From UHGV virus genome UHGV-0197780: 52,279 nt of DNA. One strand, written 5' to 3'. The stretch is from a virus. A program made the translations under genes and the position numbers. Under the pieces are notes generated by a model. The model was not told the DNA's origin. It ran no database searches and worked only from the letters and a program-made list of their open reading frames with translations. This document shows, piece after piece, positions 19,201-27,961 of the stretch. Position 1 is the stretch's first letter. The number at the start of each line of letters is the position of its first letter.

Positions 19201-22200
19201 TTCGCAGAGGATAAGCCCGATTCTGTTTGATCGACGCGCCCGGACAACACGCTTAAAGCGCTCTGATCAGCTTTTTTACTGACGTTGTTATTGGTCGTTG
19301 CCAGGTCATTTGTCAGTTTGGTGATGCTGTTACCCTGACTGGTGATCTGGTCACCCTGTTGGGAGACGGTCGAGTCCAGTGTCGAAATCGCATTGGCATT
19401 AGCGTCTGCTGTACTTTGCGCATTGTAGGCATCAGTCACTTCGGTAATGACCAGGTCATCAATGAGGAATGAGTTACCCGCCTTAACGCTGCTAACGTTA
19501 GGAATAGAAATCCTCACCATTGCCTGCTTAATACCGCTCTTTGTTGATTTCAGGTAACCAGAAACCTTCGTCCATTGAGCTGTAGACAGATCTTTCGCCG
19601 CTCTGGTTACTGCTGGCCACTGCCAGGAGTTGTCCTGATACTGGAGCGATAAGCCGACGGAAATCTGCACGTTCTCGGCCATAGCGGTACTCTTGGCATC
19701 CAGCTTAACCCAGCATTCCATATAGAAGACTGCGTTATCGCGAACCTGGAATCCGCTGAAAATGTGGGTATCAGTGTTGTCAGTTGCATTGGCATTGTAG
19801 TCATTCGGACGCGTCACACGAATGCATTTATTGCCGCCATGCGAGTCGTCAGTGGTCACGATGGCACGGTTATTCGCCAGATTGTGGCCAACCGCGTAGC
19901 TTTCAAAAGTGCCATCAGGAAGCAGATTAGCGCCGCGTTTGGATTGCTGGCTCAGAGAGCTGCTGAGCGACGTAATGTTGCTGTTCGCCGCCGTCAGACC
20001 GGACTCAGTCTTCTCCACGCGTCCGGTTAGCGAGTTCATCGCCGTCTGATCCGCTTTGCTGGCCACATTCGCGTCTGTCTGCGTCAGCGCATTCCGGAGC
20101 TGGGTGATGCTCTGCGAATTGCTGACCACATCATTGCCAATCTGGCTGACATTCGAGCTGAGTACGCCGGCTGCGTTTGCCAGCGCGGAAACACCGAGAC
20201 CGGAGTACATCTCAGCAACCTTGTCTGACAGCTTCAGGCCCAGGTTGATATACGCCTGGCCGGTCCACTGATTCACCAGAAACTCAACGGTATTCCAGCC
20301 GACTTTCAGTTCAAAACTGCCGGTAGTCCAGCTGGCATTCCCCCAGGCAACCTGAACGCCATTTACAAATACAGCGCCGGTATCATCAAAAATCCTGTTA
20401 CCGGGCGCCATTGTGATGGTGGTATCGGCGGCCACTTTCACCTGGCAGGAATACAGCGCGATCAGATAGCTGCCGGCGGATGTAAAGTCCAGTTTGGCCG
20501 CGTCGGACACCTCATCCACGACCACGGGCGCCACGGCGCGAATATCGCTGAATGACGGGACTGTCCCGGCATTAGCCAGCTGCACAGGATAGATCCGACG
20601 GGACCAGCTATTCGGCTGGCCATTGACCAGCTGATTCGACAGACTGGTGATGCTGTCAGTATTGCTTCGAATATCCTGGCCGTTTTGCTCTACCTGCTGC
20701 GTTAAGGCAGTGACCGCAGCCGCTTCGGCTTTCTTCGCCAGCGCGGCATTTGTCGTGCCCAAATCGCTCGTCAGTTTCGTGATGGACTGACCTTGGCTGG
20801 TTATCCTGTCGCCCTGCTGGGTAACCGTAGACTCCAGCCCGCTCAACGCCTCATTCGTACCAGCCAGGCCCGTTTCCGTCTGGCCCACCCGGTTAGTGAG
20901 TGATGTTAACGCGGCTCCCTGCGATGTCAGCGTGGCACCCTGTTGCTCAACTTTCTGCGTCAGGGACGTCAGCGCGGCTGCATCGGCTTTTTTCCCGAGG
21001 CTGGTTTCCAGGCCACCGATACGGCTCGCCTGCGCGCGCTGCTCTGTCGTCAGAGAACTCAGTTCACCAGAAACAGCAGCTTTGTTGTCGTTAAACTGCG
21101 TCTGCAGGGACTCTCTGGCCTTAACTTCCGCCGAGATGGCGGTAACGCGTGCGGTTTTTTCCTGGTACAGCAGCCCGGAGGTGACTTTCTCCAGATCGCT
21201 CCCATCATAGGAGCCACGCATCTGCGCCGCCAACGTGCTGCGTGCCTGCGCTTCGGCAGTCAGCGCGTTACTCAGCGTACTGCGCACATCCTGCAAAGCC
21301 GCCGTACTGGCGCCGGGTGCTGGCCGGCCAACGGCGATCCAGTCGAATTCGATAAAGTTGCTGGCATCCTGCTGGTTCGTCAGGTCCAGGCGAATACGAT
21401 CAATGTTCCCTGTCCACGGAATATCACGCACAGTCAGGGTTGCCACCCCATCGGCATATTCCGGCTCAGCAACAATGTATCGCTTCGTGTTATTGAAGTT
21501 TTCGCCGGCAGACACCCAGCGGATCTCACCCGCCCAGACTGGTTTACCGGTTTTACGAAAGCGCAGCATGATGAAGCGGTACGCCGCACCATCGACAGCC
21601 AGTCCGCCAGGAGAGGTAATGTACGGATCGGTGGCACTGTCCGCCGGGCGTAACCAGCCATCCTGGGACACACCCGGTACGCCGGCGCTGCCGGTCCAGC
21701 CCTCGGTCGTCTGATTGTTGAAATGCCAGATAACCTGCGAATCGAACTGGATATTAGCGCCGGCAGCGAGGCTGGACATTTCCCGCGCCAGATTCTCATC
21801 GGCAGTCTTCATCACCTGAGTCAGGCTCTCGATACTAGCCTCAATCCCCTGCGTTGCCGCCAGCAGTTCATCAGCGGCCTGTGCCGCCTTCGCGTTAACA
21901 TCGGCGATACGATCCGCGGTCTCCTGCTTCACTGCATTGGTCAGCGTGGTGTTAACCTGAGACAGCGACTGCTTCAGGCCATTTTCGGCAGTCTTTATCT
22001 GCGCATTCAATGCGGCATCGCCGTCGGCCAGCGTTTTGCTGACCCTGGCAATCTCCAGGTCGATGGTGGCGTTGATTTCCGCAGCCGTATCGGTGACTGA
22101 CTGTCTTACCTGGGTGATGCTGTCGGTCAACGACTTGTTCACAGTTGCGATCTGCTTGTTCGCATCTGCGACGGCGGATTTTGCCTCCTGAACGCCTTTG

Positions 22201-24947
22201 TTTGCCTGAGCCAGACCAGAATCGAGAGCCTCATTGACCGAGGTGATCTCATCCGTGATGGTTTTATTCACGGCGGAGATCTTCCCGTCAACATCAGCCG
22301 TGATGCTTTTCGCCGATGCATCAATATCCTGGCTGACCTGCTTCGCCTGGTCTTCGGCTTCCTTACGCAGAGCTTCAGCGGTCTGCTCCAGTTCCTGCTG
22401 CGTATTGCGGATACCTTCCTGTGTTTCGCTAATGGTGCGCTGCGTTTCCTCCCAGGCAGCCGTATCCTTGATCGCGTCGGTCAGGTTTTCGTAGTAGTCA
22501 TCAAAGTTATCGCTGGCCATCCCCTGGACCCAGCCGGTCCACGGGCTTTCATTGCCAAGACGATCCACAAGGCGCGCCCGATACCAGAATTCTGCGCCCA
22601 TACTGAGGCCCATCTGCTGATAGCTTTTCCCCGGATAGGCCACGTCTGATAACGGCATTGGCGCACTGCCGTCCTGGTTTTTGCTGTACTGCAGTTCCGT
22701 GCGCAGCGTATCCCCGGAGCCGGTCGGGAACTCCCAGCTAACCTGGACTCCATGAACCAGCGAACGGGTTGCCAGCGCCAGCGGTGCCAGCGGCTCGCCG
22801 ACCTTGCCGGTCAGGGTTTTCTCTTCGGAATACGCCCAGCCGCTCGAGATCTCCGCCGCATTGATCGCGCGGACGCGAACCAGGTAACGACCGGCATAAA
22901 TGCCGCTGACCTCAAACGAGGTGGTCGAGCTGCGCGGCACATTAATCCAGTTCCCGTCGTTACGGCGCCACTGCGCCTCGTAGGCAATAGCGCCGCTGAC
23001 CGCTGACCAGTTAACCTGCATCGTTTCGACGCTGATCCCCTGATTCACGACCGAGCGGGATGTGATGACAATATCGTCAGGAGGTGACTGGTTGCCCGCC
23101 GGCAATACGCTAACCGGGCGCTGATCGATAATCGCGCCGGTATCGATGCGGGCGAATTTATCCGGGTCATGTGACACGCCGGTGATCGTGAGGGTGGCAT
23201 CGCCGTTCTCTTTTACCCCTGTGACCCGGTACTGCTGCAGAAAGAGGTCATTAGATTCTACGGCCCAGACGCATTCCCGTTCTGGCGTCTCACTGTAAGC
23301 CGTTGTGACCGTAATCTGCCGGCGTCCGTTAACGGCCTGGATGGTCCGGCTCTGTGAGATCCCGGATGGCAGGTTTAGCTGGAGGCGGTCGCCAGGTTTG
23401 GCATCCACATCACGATCCAGCGTAATCACCCGGCCATTCATCGCGCTGATCCGCCCGCCGTTGACCCGTCCGGCCAGCAACTCATCCGCCAGGGCAATGA
23501 TATAACCGGGTTGAGGAATGCGCCCGTCCAGCCCCACATCAAACTCAACGACCCGGTCTTTGTTGTTGGTCAGTATGCCCCACAGCCCCTTACGGTGGGC
23601 TTCGCTCTGGCGCGTACAGCCAATCGCGGTCATTTCGAGCTGGTTAAAACTGTAGCGGGAAACCAGTTCCGGGATAAACGCCGGCTCCATTGCATCAGCA
23701 TAAGCATTATCCGGATCAGACCAGGAAACCAGGGCGTTGGTGTACCGAACCTGGCTGCTGCTGCTCGAATAACGGGGTTTGCCGACAATATTGGCGCGCG
23801 TATAGGTAAAATCGACATCACGCGGCATATCAGCCTGCACAACAATCTGCTCACCGTTCCAGCAGGTCATGCCCCGGAAAATGGCGGCAAAGTCTCGCAG
23901 CACGGTGTAAGCATCGTTGCGTTCCTGGACGTAGACGTTACAGGTATAGCGCGGCTCCATGCCGTCACCACCGCGCCCGTCAGGAACCAGCTGATCGCAG
24001 TACTGTGCAATCTGGTACAGCGTCCATTTCGAAATATTGGCGCTGCTCAGACGATTACCGAGACCAAAACGGTCAGCTGTAACAATGTCGTAATAGATCC
24101 AGGCCGGGTTATCCGTCCAGGCCCATTTAAACCCGCCGGTCCAGACGCCGGTATATTCGCGGGTTTCCGGATTGTAGTTATCCGGCACACGAATCACGCG
24201 CCCACGCGGCTCACAGGAAATTTGCGGAATGGAGCCATTAAACTGGCTGGAGTCGAACTCGATATAAAGCAGCGCGGTGTTGGGATAACGCAGCTTCGCG
24301 TCAATCACTTCGGTATAGCTCTGCAGCGTCATCACGTCGCCAACTTTGACACTGTTTGCATCCGGAGAGATTTTACGCAGGCGTAGCGTCCAGGTACTGC
24401 CGGCATGGGGCAGATCAATACGATGGCTCCGCTCATAACCGGAGGTGGTTTTACCCGTGACAGCGGTTTCCAGCACCGTCTGCCAGGCGCCGCCGTCGGT
24501 CTGCAGGTCAATCGCATACTTGACGGTATTGCCCACCACGTCGCCATCATCTTCCTGTTTCATCAGGGACGGCCATTTCAGGCGGACACGAACGGCAGAA
24601 AGCTGGGTATTAGTAAAGGTATGGGTCCAGGCTGTCTTGCTGGAAACTTCCGTTCCTACACTGATTTCATTTTCAGTACCGGGAATACCCTGAATATAAG
24701 TCTGAGCCTGCGTGCCGGGGCGAAATTCCCAGGACACGCCACTGAAGTTTTGCGAACCATCAGCATTTTCAAGCGGGGTGCCATCAAGATAAATATCTTT
24801 CCCGGTTAAACCACCTGCAAATTCACCCTCACCTAATGCGAGCAGAATTTTGGCTTTCGCAACAGACTGTAAATCATCCGGCTGTTCCGTCGGTGTACGC
24901 TGCTTTGAGCCGCCACCCTTGCGCCCTTTAATTATGTTATTTGCCAT
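13260..24947 (-). CDS. giant host-specificity / central tail fibre protein (lambda J-like N- and C-terminal regions with a ~2800-aa insertion)
   Basis: The first ~1100 aa align with lambda J (…CYPNTAL…, VPDNYNP.TR.Y.G.W.G, QYCDQ.VPDG.GG.EPR.TCN…). The C-terminal ~250 aa resemble the J receptor-binding end. The middle holds more than 20 copies of a ~45-aa TVTQQGKDI…NL.TTNANVAKKAD repeat. There are at least 5 NP(S/T)FE…DDLVITDVTD beta-sandwich CBM-like modules. A ~300-aa module is duplicated at ~80% identity, visible at nucleotide level (15300-15600 vs 16850-17150). Confidence 0.8.
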   Translation of the reverse strand: MANNIIKGRKGGGSKQRTPTEQPDDLQSVAKAKILLALGEGEFAGGLTGKDIYLDGTPLENADGSQNFSGVSWEFRPGTQAQTYIQGIPGTENEISVGTEVSSKTAWTHTFTNTQLSAVRVRLKWPSLMKQEDDGDVVGNTVKYAIDLQTDGGAWQTVLETAVTGKTTSGYERSHRIDLPHAGSTWTLRLRKISPDANSVKVGDVMTLQSYTEVIDAKLRYPNTALLYIEFDSSQFNGSIPQISCEPRGRVIRVPDNYNPETREYTGVWTGGFKWAWTDNPAWIYYDIVTADRFGLGNRLSSANISKWTLYQIAQYCDQLVPDGRGGDGMEPRYTCNVYVQERNDAYTVLRDFAAIFRGMTCWNGEQIVVQADMPRDVDFTYTRANIVGKPRYSSSSSQVRYTNALVSWSDPDNAYADAMEPAFIPELVSRYSFNQLEMTAIGCTRQSEAHRKGLWGILTNNKDRVVEFDVGLDGRIPQPGYIIALADELLAGRVNGGRISAMNGRVITLDRDVDAKPGDRLQLNLPSGISQSRTIQAVNGRRQITVTTAYSETPERECVWAVESNDLFLQQYRVTGVKENGDATLTITGVSHDPDKFARIDTGAIIDQRPVSVLPAGNQSPPDDIVITSRSVVNQGISVETMQVNWSAVSGAIAYEAQWRRNDGNWINVPRSSTTSFEVSGIYAGRYLVRVRAINAAEISSGWAYSEEKTLTGKVGEPLAPLALATRSLVHGVQVSWEFPTGSGDTLRTELQYSKNQDGSAPMPLSDVAYPGKSYQQMGLSMGAEFWYRARLVDRLGNESPWTGWVQGMASDNFDDYYENLTDAIKDTAAWEETQRTISETQEGIRNTQQELEQTAEALRKEAEDQAKQVSQDIDASAKSITADVDGKISAVNKTITDEITSVNEALDSGLAQANKGVQEAKSAVADANKQIATVNKSLTDSITQVRQSVTDTAAEINATIDLEIARVSKTLADGDAALNAQIKTAENGLKQSLSQVNTTLTNAVKQETADRIADVNAKAAQAADELLAATQGIEASIESLTQVMKTADENLAREMSSLAAGANIQFDSQVIWHFNNQTTEGWTGSAGVPGVSQDGWLRPADSATDPYITSPGGLAVDGAAYRFIMLRFRKTGKPVWAGEIRWVSAGENFNNTKRYIVAEPEYADGVATLTVRDIPWTGNIDRIRLDLTNQQDASNFIEFDWIAVGRPAPGASTAALQDVRSTLSNALTAEAQARSTLAAQMRGSYDGSDLEKVTSGLLYQEKTARVTAISAEVKARESLQTQFNDNKAAVSGELSSLTTEQRAQASRIGGLETSLGKKADAAALTSLTQKVEQQGATLTSQGAALTSLTNRVGQTETGLAGTNEALSGLESTVTQQGDRITSQGQSITKLTSDLGTTNAALAKKAEAAAVTALTQQVEQNGQDIRSNTDSITSLSNQLVNGQPNSWSRRIYPVQLANAGTVPSFSDIRAVAPVVVDEVSDAAKLDFTSAGSYLIALYSCQVKVAADTTITMAPGNRIFDDTGAVFVNGVQVAWGNASWTTGSFELKVGWNTVEFLVNQWTGQAYINLGLKLSDKVAEMYSGLGVSALANAAGVLSSNVSQIGNDVVSNSQSITQLRNALTQTDANVASKADQTAMNSLTGRVEKTESGLTAANSNITSLSSSLSQQSKRGANLLPDGTFESYAVGHNLANNRAIVTTDDSHGGNKCIRVTRPNDYNANATDNTDTHIFSGFQVRDNAVFYMECWVKLDAKSTAMAENVQISVGLSLQYQDNSWQWPAVTRAAKDLSTAQWTKVSGYLKSTKSGIKQAMVRISIPNVSSVKAGNSFLIDDLVITEVTDAYNAQSTADANANAISTLDSTVSQQGDQITSQGNSITKLTNDLATTNNNVSKKADQSALSVLSGRVDQTESGLSSANSSITALNSSVRAGNATSGDLISNPTFDPEFSQMGFTVVSSSSEGVPANCPYAYVARIAARDHHPNFAAIPATLGDVYEMSALVACGTGSADFNLYLGTATRPSGSVGAPLSSGGNRKASATWQRVTWRFKITQGIVDRGFFRPFLQINQSSPFGTVWFVTDWHMRNVTAAQKVQDTADATAAAVDSLTTTVTQQGNLLTSTGNRTTQLENGLATTNAAVAKKADATAVQNLTNTVTQLGNDLTAANSAITKLTGNLANTDKALAQKADATALATLDTKVTQQGKTLESQSNSLTNLSNSLSQVAADIDASGKIPGNLVVNPSFERGLDGYIGQSAAASVVETSTPHGGTRALRVGVGYVSPGQYVSFVQGRTYEIGVWVKDLGATTDNGAGNNKLRISNSAGQPVFERPYNSGTIGSDWTLISGRWKATETAKLPVTLSNGLTAGSRCFDDFYVIDVTDSVKIDANASALSSLQNTVTQQGKDIASQSTSITDLKNNLDTTNANVAKKADAAALQTLQNTVTQQGKDIASASSSITSLQNNLSTTNANVAKKADATALSSLQNTVTQQGKDISASNSSIANLQASINRRTVFTVTSRGIGPSVKDGVFDESGNKLVSPGRSYTMITFKVNSDNSTSIDTSKTYDVFGSANNGKTMSDDIAALANGTYVCVLTYDEPAGNRASILAAMELLGGTAEVLNSLPYRGAYILLGRKGMKAGDGLELRAPTGGAADSYISTSVEFVNGIMSGLGAGGGVMMKADANASAISTLQNTVTQQGKDITSASSQITALQNNLNTTNSNVSKKADSTTLNALQNTVTSQGDALTSQGNRVTLLENTLTVGDNIVPNSAMLNNAQGWGGHATTVDGYPAVIDTAAWAPTSPKFSVTPGDILDFSLLCLAGVAINGLAWGIRFDGPSLTNNSVYVEALNYAAGEKKAVTGTITVPAGATTGYLQPYSRNAITLTIYNIKVTRRNAGTIANAKAIADLTNEVTQQGKDITSASSDISLLKNSLATTDANVAKKADSSALSSLQSTVNQQGTSISSIGNRTTSLENGLSTAQNNIARKADASALQDLRNTVTSQGGDLTAANSSITSLQASMNRRTVFTVTARGLGNSVTPGVFDESGKNLFSPGRSWALVTFAKQSDGSAVIATSKTYDVFGSANNGDTMSADIGALTSGTYVCVLTFDEPSGNRGRLLSALESLGGTSEVVNSLPYRGAYILLGRKGMKPGDGLELRAPTGGDATAHISTSVEFVNGIMMGLGAAGGVMMKADANASAITTLQNTVKTQGGNIDSLSSSITALENSLRSTNDTVSKKADTTAVSSLTGRVSQVENTITSQSQSITSLTSSINTISTQGANPWVDGTFESYSDGHVLGGGGTAVVVASQKFTGNMSLQVSRGANNNGNSDKQLGSWQSVREDAKFRFEFWAMMPADQAPSSGWTTLVGINSLNAAGQNSWQSAVTVSEAALGGRDKWVKFTGIASNNGGGRTRAVVWISTRGASGSGTPGYSLYIDDLVITDVTDAKAAQDASDATASAVSGLTARVTDAEGKITAQAQQQTALATKVDNANSRVDNMAKTLSDSQSTQASLNTSLQSQIDAQAAANIKNQTTLDNTIKSVASITSTQQTHATALEALATQQTTLTSSVGDLSASVQNTAKTVADVNGTVSSLWSMKVETVNGKNVGAGITLGSNGETSDMILYADRFSLFNRNNATAVPVMVAEGNELYIDTARIKNSSLTSTKIADGSITNAKIGHEIRSNDFVDGSRGWRIAKDGSSQFNNVIVRGAVYATDGWFQGTVYANHIEGDIGSFAINIAQHRTRKVPKATWQWFELARFRRQNFDQVINIRGGLLQTDSITIDGGAKLRAGMSYAPGADGGLNPGYLSYAMLLRGTGATSGGGSMELGIELMYETGGATRLLTAQESMNVDNMSFVVPAGTGDAVLRYGCYLDRNGQMVLTILSRFDAFAARNNNVIRGSST

Positions 24948-24955
24948 ATTACGCC

Positions 24956-24981
24956 CATAAAAAAAGCCACCGCAAGGTGGC
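24956..24981 (-). terminator. terminator-like hairpin between tail assembly I and the J-like gene
   Basis: On the minus strand GCCACCTTGCGGTGGC is followed by TTTTTTT, 10 nt before the J ATG. Confidence 0.4.
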
Positions 24982-25009
24982 CTGAATTGGATGGTTTACT
25001 GAATAAAAA

Positions 25010-25603
25010 TTATTGCTGGTCTTCTACGTAAATACCGGCAGATATAATGGCGCCGCCAATTCGGCGTTTGCCATAAAGTAAAGGGACTGGGTATCCCTGA
25101 GAGGCAGTGTTCGTCACTCCCCCAAAGGCGTAGGACGCTTTATTGTCAGCGGATTCTTTTCGTGCCAGGCCAGCTGGCTGTGGGGAGAGCATCTGAACGA
25201 CGCCGCCGAGCATCATGGCGCCGCCAGCTTGAATACCATACGCGGCATTAGCCCAATCCTCTGTGAAAAAACCATAGACAACACTTGCCGCAACAATAAC
25301 TGCACCAAGGATTGTTTGGAGAATTCCTGCCTTCTTACTGCCAATGATAACAGGGACTATGCGGATAATTTCGCCACTTACAGGGTATCCTAAATCATCA
25401 TGCCCGATATTCTTATTCCCTTTAAATACTGCATAGGTCAATCCACGCTCCTCACTGGATATCATGAACCTTTCAAATCCAGGGATCGTCGCAGATAATG
25501 CCTCTCCGGCTTCATTGATGTTCTTTATTAAACGATAATGAACCTTCCCAAAGGTTTTACCTAGGACTCCAGACAGTTCTATTCTCGTCATGGTTTCTTG
25601 CAT
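25010..25603 (-). CDS. tail assembly protein I (lambda gpI-like)
   Basis: The C-terminus carries Gly/Ala-rich hydrophobic segments typical of gpI. It is positioned between K and J. Confidence 0.65.
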   Translation of the reverse strand: MQETMTRIELSGVLGKTFGKVHYRLIKNINEAGEALSATIPGFERFMISSEERGLTYAVFKGNKNIGHDDLGYPVSGEIIRIVPVIIGSKKAGILQTILGAVIVAASVVYGFFTEDWANAAYGIQAGGAMMLGGVVQMLSPQPAGLARKESADNKASYAFGGVTNTASQGYPVPLLYGKRRIGGAIISAGIYVEDQQ

Positions 25604-25619
25604 GCTTTATCCTTGCCAT

Positions 25620-26447
25620 TCAATTAAGATAACACTGTCTCTCCCACTCCTTATTAAAGGAAGTGGTGCCTTCATCTATTGCAGAAAAATTGACAGAAAA
25701 TATATAACGAGACTCCCCAGTGTAACCACCAAAACTATTTTTAGCGTTGATATGGCCACAGATAGCATCATTTTTTCCAATGAATTCACCAGAAAATTTA
25801 GCTGAGGAGGGGTCTTTTAGCATCCCTTTTATATGCTCCCTGGCGTTAAGGATATCATTTAGCTGTTGCTGATCTTCTTCCTTTGATTTCCTAGTAACTT
25901 CATTTTTCATTTCATCCCTCTGCTTTCTTAATTCATATGCTTCTCCAAATATTGGTGTCTGCGCATTAGTGAGGAACAAAAAGATTAAACATGCAGAGAT
26001 TGAACTCAACCCTAGGAAACCTTCTCCACCATGATTTTGGTTTGTAAAAACAAATGCAGCCATTATGGCTGGGATTAGAAAAACAAACGATATCGGTGCT
26101 CTGTAAGCATAAAAGCAGGTTATAATAAAAAATATTATGGCTATAACTAATGCTACTCTCCCAACAAGAAATTTTAGTCCACTACTATCATTGTTTTTTT
26201 GAGATGTACAGCATCGATTATCTTTATCAGTGTTTTTGGAAGATGCGTGTTTTACTGGTAAATATTCACCTACCGTTCCTGTATTAACAACGACTCCATC
26301 AGCAATCATCCTGTCCACAATTTCATCAAGAGTGTCAGGAGGAATGCGCAAGGCCTTAGATATATAATCAAAGCGCACACTCCCATCCATTTTATTAACG
26401 AAATTTACAACTTTATTGTATAACTGCTCAGTGATTGGCTCATTCAT
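25620..26447 (-). CDS. moron: wHTH-like N-domain, 3 TM helices and a C-terminal coiled-coil/soluble domain. Possible superinfection-exclusion or abortive-infection membrane protein.
   Basis: AT-rich (~33% GC) insert between the conserved K and I genes. The listed ORF begins with GTG; the ATG at 26447 has an AGGAG SD 7 nt upstream. Hydrophobic segments include FLVGRVALVIAIIFFIITCFYAY, ISFVFLIPAIMAAFVF and FLGLSSISACLIFLFL. Confidence 0.5.
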   Translation of the reverse strand: MNEPITEQLYNKVVNFVNKMDGSVRFDYISKALRIPPDTLDEIVDRMIADGVVVNTGTVGEYLPVKHASSKNTDKDNRCCTSQKNNDSSGLKFLVGRVALVIAIIFFIITCFYAYRAPISFVFLIPAIMAAFVFTNQNHGGEGFLGLSSISACLIFLFLTNAQTPIFGEAYELRKQRDEMKNEVTRKSKEEDQQQLNDILNAREHIKGMLKDPSSAKFSGEFIGKNDAICGHINAKNSFGGYTGESRYIFSVNFSAIDEGTTSFNKEWERQCYLN

Positions 26448-26493
26448 TCGCATGCTCCTGTAAATTGAATTAGGAGCATAATATACAGGCACC

Positions 26494-27204
26494 TTAAAAT
26501 AGTGAATGATGTCGCACGATTTTCATCGTCCTTTCCATCCAGTATCCACCATACGGCACGCGCTTGCTGAGATGGCCATACAGATGATGCAGGAGCATAT
26601 TTTCTTCCAGCAGAATCCCGGCGTGGTTCCACTTATCCGCCTGCACCTGCATGATCACCATATCACCCGGTTGTGGTGGACCATCAAACTCACGGAACCC
26701 GCATTCATACCAGCAGTCCTGATAAAAATTGTCCGGGTACTCCTTTTCCCACCACGGATAATCGACGCGGTAATCGTGCAGCTCGATGCCGTGGGTTTGC
26801 CGAAAATAGCTCATCACCAGGCCCCAGCAATCATAGTGGCCCAGCACGAATGGTCGCTCGAGGAGCGGCAACTCACCACGAGGGTGGATGGTACGGAGAT
26901 CGCCCTCTGGCCAGCTGATAATATGCCAGGGGAGAAGGGTCGCGTCGCATTGCGCTTTATCCAGTTCGCTCGGCTGGGTGGTGGCATCAGGATGGCTGTG
27001 AACAATACCGGTGATCGTTCCCCATTCCTCAACCTCCGCATAATCCTCCGGCGCCAGCACAAAATTATCTTTCGACTCTGTGGCCAGGTTCCGGCAGGGG
27101 AAATAACGCTCCGCTCGCCCCCTCTGGGCGACGAGGCCGCAGGCCTCGCGCGGATATTCTGTGGCCGCATGTTCCTGGATGGCCTTAATCGTTTTCTGAC
27201 GCAT
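26494..27204 (-). CDS. tail assembly protein K (lambda gpK-like, JAB/MPN + NlpC/P60)
   Basis: Carries the HSHP JAB motif and a C…H NlpC-like region. It sits upstream of L. Confidence 0.8.
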   Translation of the reverse strand: MRQKTIKAIQEHAATEYPREACGLVAQRGRAERYFPCRNLATESKDNFVLAPEDYAEVEEWGTITGIVHSHPDATTQPSELDKAQCDATLLPWHIISWPEGDLRTIHPRGELPLLERPFVLGHYDCWGLVMSYFRQTHGIELHDYRVDYPWWEKEYPDNFYQDCWYECGFREFDGPPQPGDMVIMQVQADKWNHAGILLEENMLLHHLYGHLSKRVPYGGYWMERTMKIVRHHSLF

Positions 27205-27205
27205 A

Positions 27206-27961
27206 TCAGCTCCTGATTAATGAGGTGCCGGGGAACCCGCCAAACGGCAGCTCACTATTCTCACCATGACGTAATTTGCAGGCCGTGAGCGTTCCGTTGC
27301 AGACATCCTGCGACGGGTCATCAACAGGCTGATTGTTCCTGTCAAAATACCGGGTGCCGGCATAGTCACACCCGTTACCGCTGCGGTATTGATTGCGGGT
27401 ACACCAGGTGCAAATCGCATGCAGCTGGCGAGTGGGGATCATCATCCCCTGCAGGGCAAACGGGCTGGAGAGAGTAAATTCCACCTTCTCATCGTCTTCA
27501 TAATGCTTTACATCAATGAAGAAAAGGCGCCGTTTCTCCTGCGTCGGATCAGCTGAGGCATTCCCGTCCGGAAAGTTCTTCGCATCGAGATACTGTTTTT
27601 GCGTGTCGTGGATGATAACCCGCGCCAGAGCCAGATCGTCGTAATGAAGACAGAGCGCGGATATTTTCCCGTCGATGTTCCCTACCCGCAGTGTTGGCTG
27701 CGCGTCGCTGCCAGTGGTGGATGACTCGATCCCTTCGATTACACATGGCCAGGCTTTATACTCCCGCCCCTGCCACCAGATGCTTTTCGCAGGCAGCTTA
27801 TCCAGGTCGCCGTCAGCTGCGAGGATTTCGGCTGCAGTATGGGGGACGTTATAGCCGTGGAAATACAAAATCTCATCCAGACCAAACGCCTGGCCATCGA
27901 TCTCCAGGAGACGAACCTCATCGCCTGGCTCTAATTTCTGATAATTCGCGTTAAGGCTCAT
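27206..27961 (-). CDS. minor tail protein L (lambda gpL-like)
   Basis: The sequence is gpL-like with a C-terminal Cys cluster. Gene order M-L-K-I matches lambda. Confidence 0.8.
   Translation of the reverse strand: MSLNANYQKLEPGDEVRLLEIDGQAFGLDEILYFHGYNVPHTAAEILAADGDLDKLPAKSIWWQGREYKAWPCVIEGIESSTTGSDAQPTLRVGNIDGKISALCLHYDDLALARVIIHDTQKQYLDAKNFPDGNASADPTQEKRRLFFIDVKHYEDDEKVEFTLSSPFALQGMMIPTRQLHAICTWCTRNQYRSGNGCDYAGTRYFDRNNQPVDDPSQDVCNGTLTACKLRHGENSELPFGGFPGTSLIRS

Noticed and set aside
13858-24809. Many plus-strand ORFs of 60-290 aa inside the giant J-like gene (for example 23511-24386, 20943-21653, 17646-18122)
   Set aside because: They are antisense to a strongly supported coding region in ~60% GC DNA, where long stop-free frames arise by chance. 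They have no SD/start context and no recognisable domains.
26506-27216. 236-aa plus-strand ORF antisense to tail assembly gene K
   Set aside because: It mirrors the gpK-like gene exactly and is His/Arg/Pro-rich with a junk-like composition. It is a GC-frame artefact.
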